NCBI GenBank assembly: GCA_002383495.1
Contig: DFZO01000029.1
Span: forward strand, 1,039 to 65,038
DNA length: 64,000 nt
Direction of reading: 5' to 3'
Origin: Syntrophaceae bacterium UBA4054
GTDB lineage: Bacteria; Desulfobacterota; Syntrophia; Syntrophales; UBA4778
This document shows positions 42,840-51,135 of this stretch, one piece after another. The notes under the pieces were generated by a model that saw only the letters and a program-made list of their open reading frames with translations, was not told the DNA's origin and did not search any database. Each line of letters starts with the position of its first letter. Positions within the stretch are counted from its first letter, which is position 1. The position numbers were made by a program, and so were the translations under genes.

Positions 42840-43199
42840 ATGCCAAGAGTTAAAAGGAGCATCACAGCCAGAAAGAAACGGAGAAAAATCCTGAAGCTGG
42901 CGAAGGGATATTTTGGCGCAAGGGGGCGGCTGTACACGGTGGCGACAGAGGCTGTCGACAGGGCTTTGAAATTTGCCTTTCGTGACAGGCGGGCCCGGAA
43001 GAGGGATTTCCGGAAACTCTGGATTGCCAGGATCAATGCCGCCGCTCGTCTGAATAACGTGACCTACAGCCGGTTAATCGACGGCATGAAGAAGACCGGG
43101 ATAAAGATCGACCGCAAGGTTCTTGCCGATATCGCTGTCAATGACGCCGGGGGTTTCTCGAAGATTGTCGTCGCGGCCACGGGTGAGCAGCGGGTATGA
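42840..43199 (+). CDS. rplT: 50S ribosomal protein L20
   Basis: [26 protein letters not shown] from ATG 42840. Confidence 0.95.
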   Translation: MPRVKRSITARKKRRKILKLAKGYFGARGRLYTVATEAVDRALKFAFRDRRARKRDFRKLWIARINAAARLNNVTYSRLIDGMKKTGIKIDRKVLADIAVNDAGGFSKIVVAATGEQRV

Positions 43200-44212
43200 G
43201 GGAAGATCTTGAGAAACTCCGACAATGCGCGGAAGAGGAGCTGAAAGCCGCGAAGACAAGGGACGGGTTTCTCGCGATCAGGACGAAATATCTGGGGAGG
43301 AAAGGCCTTCTCACGTCCCTCCTGAGAAAGCTGGGGGACGCAAGTCCCGGCGACAGACCTGTTTTGGGGAAACTCACCAACCAGATCAAGGAGGAACTCT
43401 CCGAAAAGATCGAAGAGGCTCTGGGGTGCCTCGCATCATCCGGGAAGGATGAAGCCCTTCTGGTGGAGAGAATCGACGTGACGCTGCCGGGTCGCGGGTT
43501 GAAGTATGGAAAGCTTCACCCCATTACCCGGATCTCCCGTGAGATCTGTGACGTCTTTTCATCCCTCGGTTTTTCCATAGCCGAAGGTCCGGAAGTCGAA
43601 CTCGATTACTACAACTTCGAGGCTCTCAATATTCCCAGGGACCATCCCGCAAGAGACATGCAGGACACGCTTTACGTGTCTGATAACATCGTTCTCCGCA
43701 CGCATACCTCGCCCGTGCAGGTGAGAGTCATGGAAAAGATGAAACCGCCCGTCAGGGTGGTCTCGCCGGGCAAGGTCTATCGCCGCGATTCGGATGTATC
43801 CCATACCCCCATGTTCCACCAGGTGGAGGGACTGCTGGTGGACAGAGGCGTCTCCTTCGGGGATCTCAAGGGGGTCCTCACGTATTTCGTTCATCAGGTT
43901 TTCGGGGCTTCCACGGCCCTGCGGTTCCGTCCCAGTTTTTTCCCCTTCACGGAGCCGAGCGCCGAAGTGGATATCCAGTGCGTCATGTGCGGCGGTTCAG
44001 GCTGCCGGGTCTGCGGCCAGAGCGGCTGGCTGGAGATCCTCGGCTCCGGCATGGTGGACCCGGAAGTATTCAAGGCCGTGGGTTATGACTCCGAAGAATT
44101 CACCGGTTTTGCCTTCGGTCTCGGGGTTGAAAGAATCGCCATGCTGAAGTACGGCATCTCCGACATCCGCTTGTTTTTCGAGAATGACCAAAGATTCCTC
44201 GAACAATTTTAA
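43196..44212 (+). CDS. pheS: phenylalanine--tRNA ligase alpha subunit
   Basis: 338 aa. Class-II motifs ([19 protein letters not shown]). 4-nt overlap with rplT. Confidence 0.95.
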   Translation: MREDLEKLRQCAEEELKAAKTRDGFLAIRTKYLGRKGLLTSLLRKLGDASPGDRPVLGKLTNQIKEELSEKIEEALGCLASSGKDEALLVERIDVTLPGRGLKYGKLHPITRISREICDVFSSLGFSIAEGPEVELDYYNFEALNIPRDHPARDMQDTLYVSDNIVLRTHTSPVQVRVMEKMKPPVRVVSPGKVYRRDSDVSHTPMFHQVEGLLVDRGVSFGDLKGVLTYFVHQVFGASTALRFRPSFFPFTEPSAEVDIQCVMCGGSGCRVCGQSGWLEILGSGMVDPEVFKAVGYDSEEFTGFAFGLGVERIAMLKYGISDIRLFFENDQRFLEQF

Positions 44213-44249
44213 TTGGATTTAGGAATCTGTTAAAAAACACTTTGCTCTT

Positions 44250-44423
44250 CAGACTGTTCAAAAATGCTTAGATGCAAGGCGTCCTTCGACAGGCTCAGGA
44301 CAGGCTCTGAAATCTGTCATGGTGAGCTTGTCGAACCACGCAACGCAGCAAGCAGACGCTGTCCCCGCCCTTCGAGTTACTCAGGATAAACTCCAGCGGG
44401 GATGAGCGTTTTTCAACAGCCTG
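44250..44423 (+). mobile_element. MITE-like repeat, copy B (174 bp)
   Basis: CAGACTGTTCAAAAATG ... CGTTTTTCAACAGCCTG termini. Fills most of the 226-nt pheS-pheT spacer and ends 15 nt before the pheT ATG. Confidence 0.7.
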
Positions 44424-44438
44424 TTGGAAGGACTCGTT

Positions 44439-46859
44439 ATGCTCGTCAGTCTCAGATGGCTGAAGGATTATGTGGATATCGATTTGAGTCCGCAGGAGCT
44501 TGCGGACAGGCTGACTATGGCCGGGCTGGAAGTGGATGCGATCAGGGATGTCCGTCCCGACTTCAAGGATATCGTCGTCGCGAGGATTCTCGATATCAGA
44601 CCGCATCCGAATGCCGACAAGCTTTCACTCTGCAATATCACCACGGGCGATCAGACGTTTCCCGTGGTCTGCGGTGCGCAGAATATCCGTGCGGGCGACG
44701 TGGTTCCGTTGGCGAAAGTGGGGGCCTCTCTCCCCGGTGGCTACACGATCAAGAGCACCCGGATCAGGGGGGAGCAATCCGAAGGGATGCTCTGCTCTGA
44801 AGAGGAAATGGGCATCGGTCCCGATGCGTCGGGCATCATGATCCTTTCAAAAAACCTTTTCCTGGGCGAAGACCTTGTTTCAGCCCTGGACCTCCAGGAT
44901 ACCGTTTTTGATGTGGGGGTGACGCCTAACCGCTCCGATTGTTTCAGCATCATAGGAATCGCGCGAGAAGTGGCGGCCGTCACAGGGAAAAAAATCCGCT
45001 ATCCGAAGATCCGTTTCGAGGAGGCAGCGGAAGACATCCGGGGGGTCACGTCGGTCGACATTATCCATCCCGATCTTTGTCCGAGGTATGCCGCACGGGT
45101 TATCAAGGGGGTCCGGACGGGACCTTCACCCCAGTGGATGCGGATCAGACTCGATGCCGTCGGTCTAAGACCGATCAGCAATGTGGTGGATGTGACGAAT
45201 TTTGTCATGATGGAATTCGGCCAGCCCCTCCATGCTTTTGATTTTCGTTACCTTGAGGAAGGGCGCATCGTCGTCCGGGGCGCGCACGATCAGGAGGAGT
45301 TCGTATCCCTGGACGGCAAGTCGAGGCGGCTGAGGGCCGATACCCTCATGATCTGTGACGGGGTCAAGCCCGTGGCCATTGCCGGGATCATGGGAGGCCT
45401 GAATTCCGAGATCCAGGACGACACGGAAACCGTTCTCCTTGAAAGCGCCTATTTCAATCCCGCCTCCATCCGCAAAACGGCCAAGGCGCTGGGAATGAGC
45501 ACGGACGCGGCCTTCCGCTTTGAGCGGGGGATCGATCCCGAGGGCGTCCTCCGGGCGCTCGACCGGGCCGCACAGCTTATCGTCGAGACGGCGGGTGGAA
45601 AAGTCTGCAGGAACCGCATTGACAACTACCCCAGGCAAATCAGCTCGTCAAAGGATATTCCTCTCCGTGTTTCAAGAGCCAAGAAAGTTCTGGGCGTGGC
45701 GGTTCGAGCCGGGGAAATAAAGAAAGTTCTCAAAAGCCTGGAAATGTCGGTGGAAGAGTCGGGCAGGGATTTCCGGGTCACACCGCCGACCTTCAGGGTG
45801 GACATCTCCCGGGAGATAGATCTTATCGAGGAGATCGCGAGGCTTCGGGGTTACGGGAACATTCCTGAATCCATCCCGCCCATCCCGGTTCAGACGGACG
45901 TGAAGGACAGGAAAAAGATTCTTGAGGAAAGGGTGAAAGCCTTTTTCAATGGATGCGGCTTTTCAGAAGCGATCAACTACAGTTTCACGACACCCGCATC
46001 CGCGGATGTCCTTGGATTTCAGCGGGATGATGAGAGGAGACGCTTCGTCCGGATCGTGAATCCACTTACAGACGACCAGTCTGTGATGAGGACGACCCTG
46101 CTTTACGGTCTCCTCCAGACAATGAAGACCAATGTGAATAATGGATGTTTTGACCTGAAGTATTTTGAGAAGGGAAAGACGTTCATCGCTGACACAGAAG
46201 AAGGCGTCCTGCCGAGGGAACAGGAAAAGATCAGCGCCCTGATCACGGGGGCACGATATGACAATCTCTGGCATTCCAAGGGATTGCAGTCCGATTTTTA
46301 CGATCTCAAGGGCTGTGTAGAAAATCTCTTCCGTGCCCTGAATATTGCAAGTGTGAGCTTCATGTCCGCCATGGATGTGACCTGCCTTCATCCCGGACGG
46401 GCCTGCCGGATATATGCGGGTGACCGGGAAGCGGGTGTTCTGGGAGAGGTTCACCCCGATGTGCTGGAAAGGATGGATCTGAAGCGCCGGGCCGTTGTTT
46501 TTGAGATCGACTTCGATATTCTTGCCGGGCAATTTTCCGATGACGCGAGCACCCGCGACATCCAGAAATTTCCTTCGAGTTCCAGGGACGTTGCTTTCCT
46601 GATCGACCGGGATGTGGAAGCGGAGAAGATTCTGAATCTGGCCCGTTCCGAGAAAGAAGAATTACTTGAAAAAATAGAAATTTTTGATGTATACATAGGG
46701 AAAAGCATCCCTGAAAACATGAAAAGCATTGCTTTGAGATTCACCTATCGTTCCGCCGGGAGGACGTTAACGGATGAAGAAGTCGGCCGGGTTCACGGCA
46801 GAATTGTGGAGAGGATAGCGGGTGTGACGGGGGCAAGGATAAGGGGAGAACAGGACTAA
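44439..46859 (+). CDS. pheT: phenylalanine--tRNA ligase beta subunit
   Basis: MLVSLRWLKDYVDI is the canonical N-terminus. tRNA-binding, B3/4, B5 and FDX-ACB domains. The track start at 44424 lies at the MITE edge. Confidence 0.94.
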   Translation: MLVSLRWLKDYVDIDLSPQELADRLTMAGLEVDAIRDVRPDFKDIVVARILDIRPHPNADKLSLCNITTGDQTFPVVCGAQNIRAGDVVPLAKVGASLPGGYTIKSTRIRGEQSEGMLCSEEEMGIGPDASGIMILSKNLFLGEDLVSALDLQDTVFDVGVTPNRSDCFSIIGIAREVAAVTGKKIRYPKIRFEEAAEDIRGVTSVDIIHPDLCPRYAARVIKGVRTGPSPQWMRIRLDAVGLRPISNVVDVTNFVMMEFGQPLHAFDFRYLEEGRIVVRGAHDQEEFVSLDGKSRRLRADTLMICDGVKPVAIAGIMGGLNSEIQDDTETVLLESAYFNPASIRKTAKALGMSTDAAFRFERGIDPEGVLRALDRAAQLIVETAGGKVCRNRIDNYPRQISSSKDIPLRVSRAKKVLGVAVRAGEIKKVLKSLEMSVEESGRDFRVTPPTFRVDISREIDLIEEIARLRGYGNIPESIPPIPVQTDVKDRKKILEERVKAFFNGCGFSEAINYSFTTPASADVLGFQRDDERRRFVRIVNPLTDDQSVMRTTLLYGLLQTMKTNVNNGCFDLKYFEKGKTFIADTEEGVLPREQEKISALITGARYDNLWHSKGLQSDFYDLKGCVENLFRALNIASVSFMSAMDVTCLHPGRACRIYAGDREAGVLGEVHPDVLERMDLKRRAVVFEIDFDILAGQFSDDASTRDIQKFPSSSRDVAFLIDRDVEAEKILNLARSEKEELLEKIEIFDVYIGKSIPENMKSIALRFTYRSAGRTLTDEEVGRVHGRIVERIAGVTGARIRGEQD

Positions 46860-46880
46860 TCAGAAATCAGGAGGGACGAG

Positions 46881-47159
46881 ATGACGAAGATCGATATTAT
46901 TCAGAATGTTTACGACAAGCTGGGATTTTCCAAGAAAGATGCCGCGAAGATAGTGGAATCGGTTTTTGACATCATGAAGGAGGAGCTTGAAAAAGGCGAG
47001 AAAATCAAGATCTCCGGTTTCGGAAACTTTGTCGTGAAAGAGAAAAAGGCACGGAGGGGCAGAAACCCCCAGACGGGAAGCGAGATTGAGATCTCCCCGA
47101 GAAAGGTTTTAACGTTTAAATCGAGCCAGGTTCTCCGAAAAGCTCTCAACAAGAAGTAG
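46881..47159 (+). CDS. ihfA: integration host factor alpha / HU-family DNA-binding protein
   Basis: 92 aa. GFGNFVVKEKKARRGRNPQTGSEIEISPRKVLTFK arm motif. Conserved position after pheT. Confidence 0.88.
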   Translation: MTKIDIIQNVYDKLGFSKKDAAKIVESVFDIMKEELEKGEKIKISGFGNFVVKEKKARRGRNPQTGSEIEISPRKVLTFKSSQVLRKALNKK

Positions 47160-47290
47160 CGGGTCTTTATTTATTATTTGAAGACAGTCCGATGAATCTT
47201 AGCCGCAGATCCTCTATCCGGTTCGCGGCCGAGAGCGGCTTCAATTCCGGCAGACGATGCGTTTAGGTCTTTTGTGCGGGGAATGACGGT

Positions 47291-47629
47291 ATGGATGAGG
47301 CGATTCCCGACAAGAACTACTTTCGTATCGGAGAGGTGAGCAAAATACTCCAGGTGGAGCCCTATGTGGTTCGGTACTGGGAATCGGAATTCAAAACCGT
47401 CAAGCCCGTTCGAACCGGCGCCGATCAGCGACTATACAGAAGAAAGGATTTGGAAGAGCTCCTGACGATCAGGACGCTCCTCTATGAAGAGGGTTTCACC
47501 ATTGCCGGAGCCCGGAAGCGGCTCCGGGAAATGAAGCGGGAAACGGACGGAGAAGCCCAGAGAGATTGCCGGGACCTTCTGTTGAAAATTAGAAAAGAAT
47601 TGCTGGATCTCAAAGATTTTATCCGTTGA
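47291..47629 (+). CDS. MerR-family transcriptional regulator
   Basis: YFRIGEVSKILQVEPYVVRYWESEF winged HTH. Confidence 0.85.
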   Translation: MDEAIPDKNYFRIGEVSKILQVEPYVVRYWESEFKTVKPVRTGADQRLYRRKDLEELLTIRTLLYEEGFTIAGARKRLREMKRETDGEAQRDCRDLLLKIRKELLDLKDFIR

Positions 47630-47657
47630 TCCGGATGCCCCAAAAGGAAAATGAAGA

Positions 47658-47695
47658 GGCCGGTTAAAGAAACATTCTTCAACCGGCCTTTTTTT
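47658..47695. terminator. bidirectional rho-independent terminator
   Basis: Stem GGCCGGTT / AACCGGCC with a 15-nt loop, followed by TTTTTTT. It lies between convergent genes. Confidence 0.7.
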
Positions 47696-47733
47696 CGATG
47701 ATCAGTTGCTGAATTTTAGAGAGACGTTTTTCC

Positions 47734-48015
47734 TTAGTGCTTCTGCGCGCGCTTTGAAGCCTTGAGCGGATTGACCTTCTGAGACGCCTCTTCCTTCGCT
47801 TTCTTCACGTGCGACGCTGTCGGGCAGCCTCCCACCGACCATTTGGCCGTCGGATCCGGATACACCCTGCAGAATTTACCCGAAGCGCTCTCGATGATTT
47901 TGTTGCATCCTTCGCATTTTTCGATGACCGCGTAACAGTTGCCCCCGTTGAACCCGCATCCCTTTTTCGTCATGAAGGCGCATTCAACCCCTGCTTTTAC
48001 CGTTTGACAAACCAT
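47734..48015 (-). CDS. small cysteine-rich protein with PxxKW motif and Lys-rich tail
   Basis: 93 aa from ATG 48015, preceded by AGAAGGGGGTGA. 8 Cys (CQ..C..C..C..CEGC..C..C) and the motif DPTAKW. I recall an NCBI family named PxxKW cysteine-rich protein but cannot verify it. Confidence 0.55.
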   Translation of the reverse strand: MVCQTVKAGVECAFMTKKGCGFNGGNCYAVIEKCEGCNKIIESASGKFCRVYPDPTAKWSVGGCPTASHVKKAKEEASQKVNPLKASKRAQKH

Positions 48016-48233
48016 TGGAATCACCCCCTTCTGTATTATTTTGTCTTTCATTCCAAAAAAAAGCGTCTATCCCCGAATCCCGGGCTGCGAAAGACGCCAC
48101 TTTGATAACCCTTAATCGAACGGCGCATATGACAGAAAATAAAAATTCTGTCAAGAAAAAAATGATGGTAACAATGAACGTGCCCGAACCGGGCGACATC
48201 ATCATGTTGCTTGAACATGCCCGACCCGGATGA

Positions 48234-48262
48234 TTGACTTAGGGTGCCAATCATGTTATCTA
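48234..48262 (+). promoter_or_regulatory. candidate sigma-70 promoter for the PTS operon
   Basis: TTGACT (48234-48239), 17 nt, TATCTA (48257-48262). It overlaps the inverted repeat ATGATTG...CAATCAT. Confidence 0.4.
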
Positions 48263-48296
48263 CTCATGATTTAAAATACTTGAACAGGTTCGGGCC

Positions 48297-49049
48297 ATGG
48301 AGCAGGGGAAAGTCCGAAGAAGATTGACCAGCGCTTTTTTGAGGTCCCTTTTTATTCAGTCGACCTGGAATTTCTGGAGAATGCAGAATCTCGGATTTGT
48401 GTTTGCCATGATTCCCTCCATCCGGTTTCTTGGCGGAAACCGCGGAGAGAAGATCAGAATGCTTTCGAGGCATCTGGAGTCCTTCAATACCAACCCGTAC
48501 ATGTCCGGACCTATCATCGGATCCGTCATGAGACTGGAGGAAGATCTTTACAGGGACGGAAACTGCGCAGAGGCGGATCACCTGAAGACCGCTCTCATGG
48601 CGCCCTACGCAGCCATGGGAGACTCCCTGTTCTGGGGCTCTCTGAAACCCTTTGCGGGCATCGTGGGTGTTCTGCTTGCCCTGAAGGGGTACCTCGTGTC
48701 CGGCCTCATCCTCCTTCTCATATATAATCCGCTTCATCTGAGGATCCGCCTGAAGGGATTTCTGGAAGGCTACAGAAGGGGGAAGGACGGCGTCGACTTT
48801 ATCCGGGACATGAACCTCCCCCGCCTGTCCGGGCTGATCCGGTGGATGTCCGTCGTCGTTCTTGGATTGCTGGCATGGGTCGCTTCCGGCCTTTCGTTCT
48901 TCCCGGTGCTGGAACATCCTGAGATCGTAAAAAGGGGTGTCATGCTGGTCATTGTTCTGATCTGTTTATGGATGATCCAAAGAGGTGTATCCGTTTTAAA
49001 CATCCTCTACGGCGTATCCGCTCTTATTCTTGTCATGGGTATGCTATGA
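48297..49049 (+). CDS. PTS mannose/fructose/sorbose-family IID-like membrane component
   Basis: 250 aa. N-terminal LRSLFIQSTWNFWRMQNLGFVFAMIP is typical of IID. No IIC, IIB or IIA gene in the window. Confidence 0.75.
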   Translation: MEQGKVRRRLTSAFLRSLFIQSTWNFWRMQNLGFVFAMIPSIRFLGGNRGEKIRMLSRHLESFNTNPYMSGPIIGSVMRLEEDLYRDGNCAEADHLKTALMAPYAAMGDSLFWGSLKPFAGIVGVLLALKGYLVSGLILLLIYNPLHLRIRLKGFLEGYRRGKDGVDFIRDMNLPRLSGLIRWMSVVVLGLLAWVASGLSFFPVLEHPEIVKRGVMLVIVLICLWMIQRGVSVLNILYGVSALILVMGML

Positions 49050-49315
49050 ACGTTGTAAAGGTGTACACCATAACCAACGAACTCGGTATTCACGCGCGGT
49101 CCGCTGCCATGATCGTGGAAGTATCAAACAGATACAAGGCGAAGATATGCCTTGAAAAGGATGGTAGCCAGGTCAACGCGAAGAGCATCCTCGGCATCCT
49201 GACGCTCGGCTGTCCTAAAGGCAGCAGAATCATCATCCGGGCGGAAGGAATTGATGCGGAGGAAGCCGTTGAAGAGCTCGGAAGGCTCATCGAAAACAAA
49301 TTCGGAGAAAATTAA
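49046..49315 (+). CDS. ptsH: phosphocarrier protein HPr
   Basis: 89 aa. His15 context ELGIHARSAA and Ser46 context NAKSILGIL. ATGA overlap with the IID gene. Confidence 0.92.
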   Translation: MNVVKVYTITNELGIHARSAAMIVEVSNRYKAKICLEKDGSQVNAKSILGILTLGCPKGSRIIIRAEGIDAEEAVEELGRLIENKFGEN

Positions 49316-51087
49316 TGCGTGAAAACGGACAAAGGAAAACAATCGTGCTGAAAGGGATCGGTGTTTCTCCGGGTATAGCGACGGGCAAGGCTTACGTGCT
49401 CGATTACGCGATTGCCAATGTGCCCTATTATCAGCTTCGGGACGACGCACACGCCTGGGAAGAGATCGCGAGGTTTGAAAAGGCCCTCAGAGACTCGAGG
49501 CGCCAGCTCACGGCCATCAAGAAAGAGCTCAGTGCCCGGGAAGGCGTGGAGCCTCTCTTTATCATCGATGTTCATATCATGATGCTCAGGGACAAGAAGC
49601 TCATTTACAACACCATAAACAATATCAAGGAAAAGAGGATCAATGCCGAGTGGGCCATGAAGCTGACGATAGAGAGGTACCGTGAAATTTTCGAGAAGAT
49701 CGAAGACGAGTATCTGAAAGCGCGGTTCAGCGATGTGGAATATGTGGGGCAAAGAATTCTGCGGAACCTCATCGGCAAGGATCAGATCCGGATTTCGGAT
49801 GTGGGCGATGCCGCCATCATTATTTCAAGAGACCTCTCGCCGGCTGACACGGTTCAGATGAAAATGGAGAATATCCTCGGGTTTGCCACGGATATCGGGG
49901 GGAAGACCTCCCATACGGCCATCGTGGCCCGGTCCATAGGGATCCCGGCCGTGGTGGGCCTGGAGCGGGTTACCCGTGAGATACGTTCCAATGATACCGT
50001 GATCGTTGACGGCTGCGACGGTTTCATCATCATCAATCCGGAGCCCGACGTCCTGAAACGCTATGAAGAAAAAAAGAGGCACTATGAAATTCTGGAAGAG
50101 GATCTCCTGAGGGATGCGAAACTCCCGGCCGTGACTGTGGACCATCACAGGATTGAAATAGGCGCCAACATAGAGTTCGTGGAGGAAATTCCCTCGGCGA
50201 TCATGCACGGCGCGGATGGGATCGGGCTCTACCGCACGGAGTTTCTCTACATCAATAAGGAACAGCTCCCCACGGAAGAGGAACATTTTTCCAACTACAA
50301 GCACGTCATCGAAGGGCAGGGAATCCAATGGTCCACCATCCGGACCTTCGATCTCGGCGGTGACAAATTCATTTCCGATCCAAAGCTGGCCAAGGAGATG
50401 AATCCCGTCATGGGGTTGAGGGCCATCCGATTCTGCCTGCATGAGGTGGAGCTTTTCAAGGTGCAGCTCAGGGCGATTCTCAGGGCCAGCGCCTACGGAA
50501 AGACGAGGATTCTTTTTCCCATGATCTCGGCCCTGGAAGAGATCCGCCACGTGAAGAAAATCTTCAACGAGGTCAAAGAGGATCTGCTTCGGCACCATAT
50601 TCCCGTAGGCAGAGATATCGAGCTCGGCATCATGATCGAGGTGCCGTCCGCCGTGGTGATTGCCGATTCCCTGGCGAAGGAAGTGGACTTTTTCAGCATC
50701 GGGACAAACGATCTCATTCAGTACACCCTGGCGATCGACAGGGTCAACGAGCGGGTGACCTATCTCTATGACCCGCTTCATCCCGCCATTCTGAGACTGA
50801 TCAAGATGGTCGTGGAAGCCGCTCACCGGGCGGGTATCCGGGTGGCCATGTGCGGGGAGATGGCGGGCGAGCCGGCCTATACCCTCATTCTTCTAGGCTT
50901 TGGTCTTGATGAGCTGAGCATGAACCCCCTCGCGATCCCCCGGGTAAAAAAGATCGTGCGAGAGGCAACCCTGGAAGAATCGAAGGCGCTTCTTGACAGC
51001 GTCCTGACCTTTGACACGGCGGAAGAGATTGAGCAGCATGTCCGGGACTACATGATCAGTCGCTTCCCGGAAGATTTTTCCGGTTAG
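49315..51087 (+). CDS. ptsI: phosphoenolpyruvate--protein phosphotransferase (enzyme I)
   Basis: 590 aa. Phospho-His loop GGKTSHTAIVARS and a PEP-utilising TIM barrel. Confidence 0.95.
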   Translation: MRENGQRKTIVLKGIGVSPGIATGKAYVLDYAIANVPYYQLRDDAHAWEEIARFEKALRDSRRQLTAIKKELSAREGVEPLFIIDVHIMMLRDKKLIYNTINNIKEKRINAEWAMKLTIERYREIFEKIEDEYLKARFSDVEYVGQRILRNLIGKDQIRISDVGDAAIIISRDLSPADTVQMKMENILGFATDIGGKTSHTAIVARSIGIPAVVGLERVTREIRSNDTVIVDGCDGFIIINPEPDVLKRYEEKKRHYEILEEDLLRDAKLPAVTVDHHRIEIGANIEFVEEIPSAIMHGADGIGLYRTEFLYINKEQLPTEEEHFSNYKHVIEGQGIQWSTIRTFDLGGDKFISDPKLAKEMNPVMGLRAIRFCLHEVELFKVQLRAILRASAYGKTRILFPMISALEEIRHVKKIFNEVKEDLLRHHIPVGRDIELGIMIEVPSAVVIADSLAKEVDFFSIGTNDLIQYTLAIDRVNERVTYLYDPLHPAILRLIKMVVEAAHRAGIRVAMCGEMAGEPAYTLILLGFGLDELSMNPLAIPRVKKIVREATLEESKALLDSVLTFDTAEEIEQHVRDYMISRFPEDFSG

Positions 51088-51135
51088 ACGTGGTAAAGAT
51101 TTTTCCGGACTCGCAAGGACAGGAAAGAAAAGATC

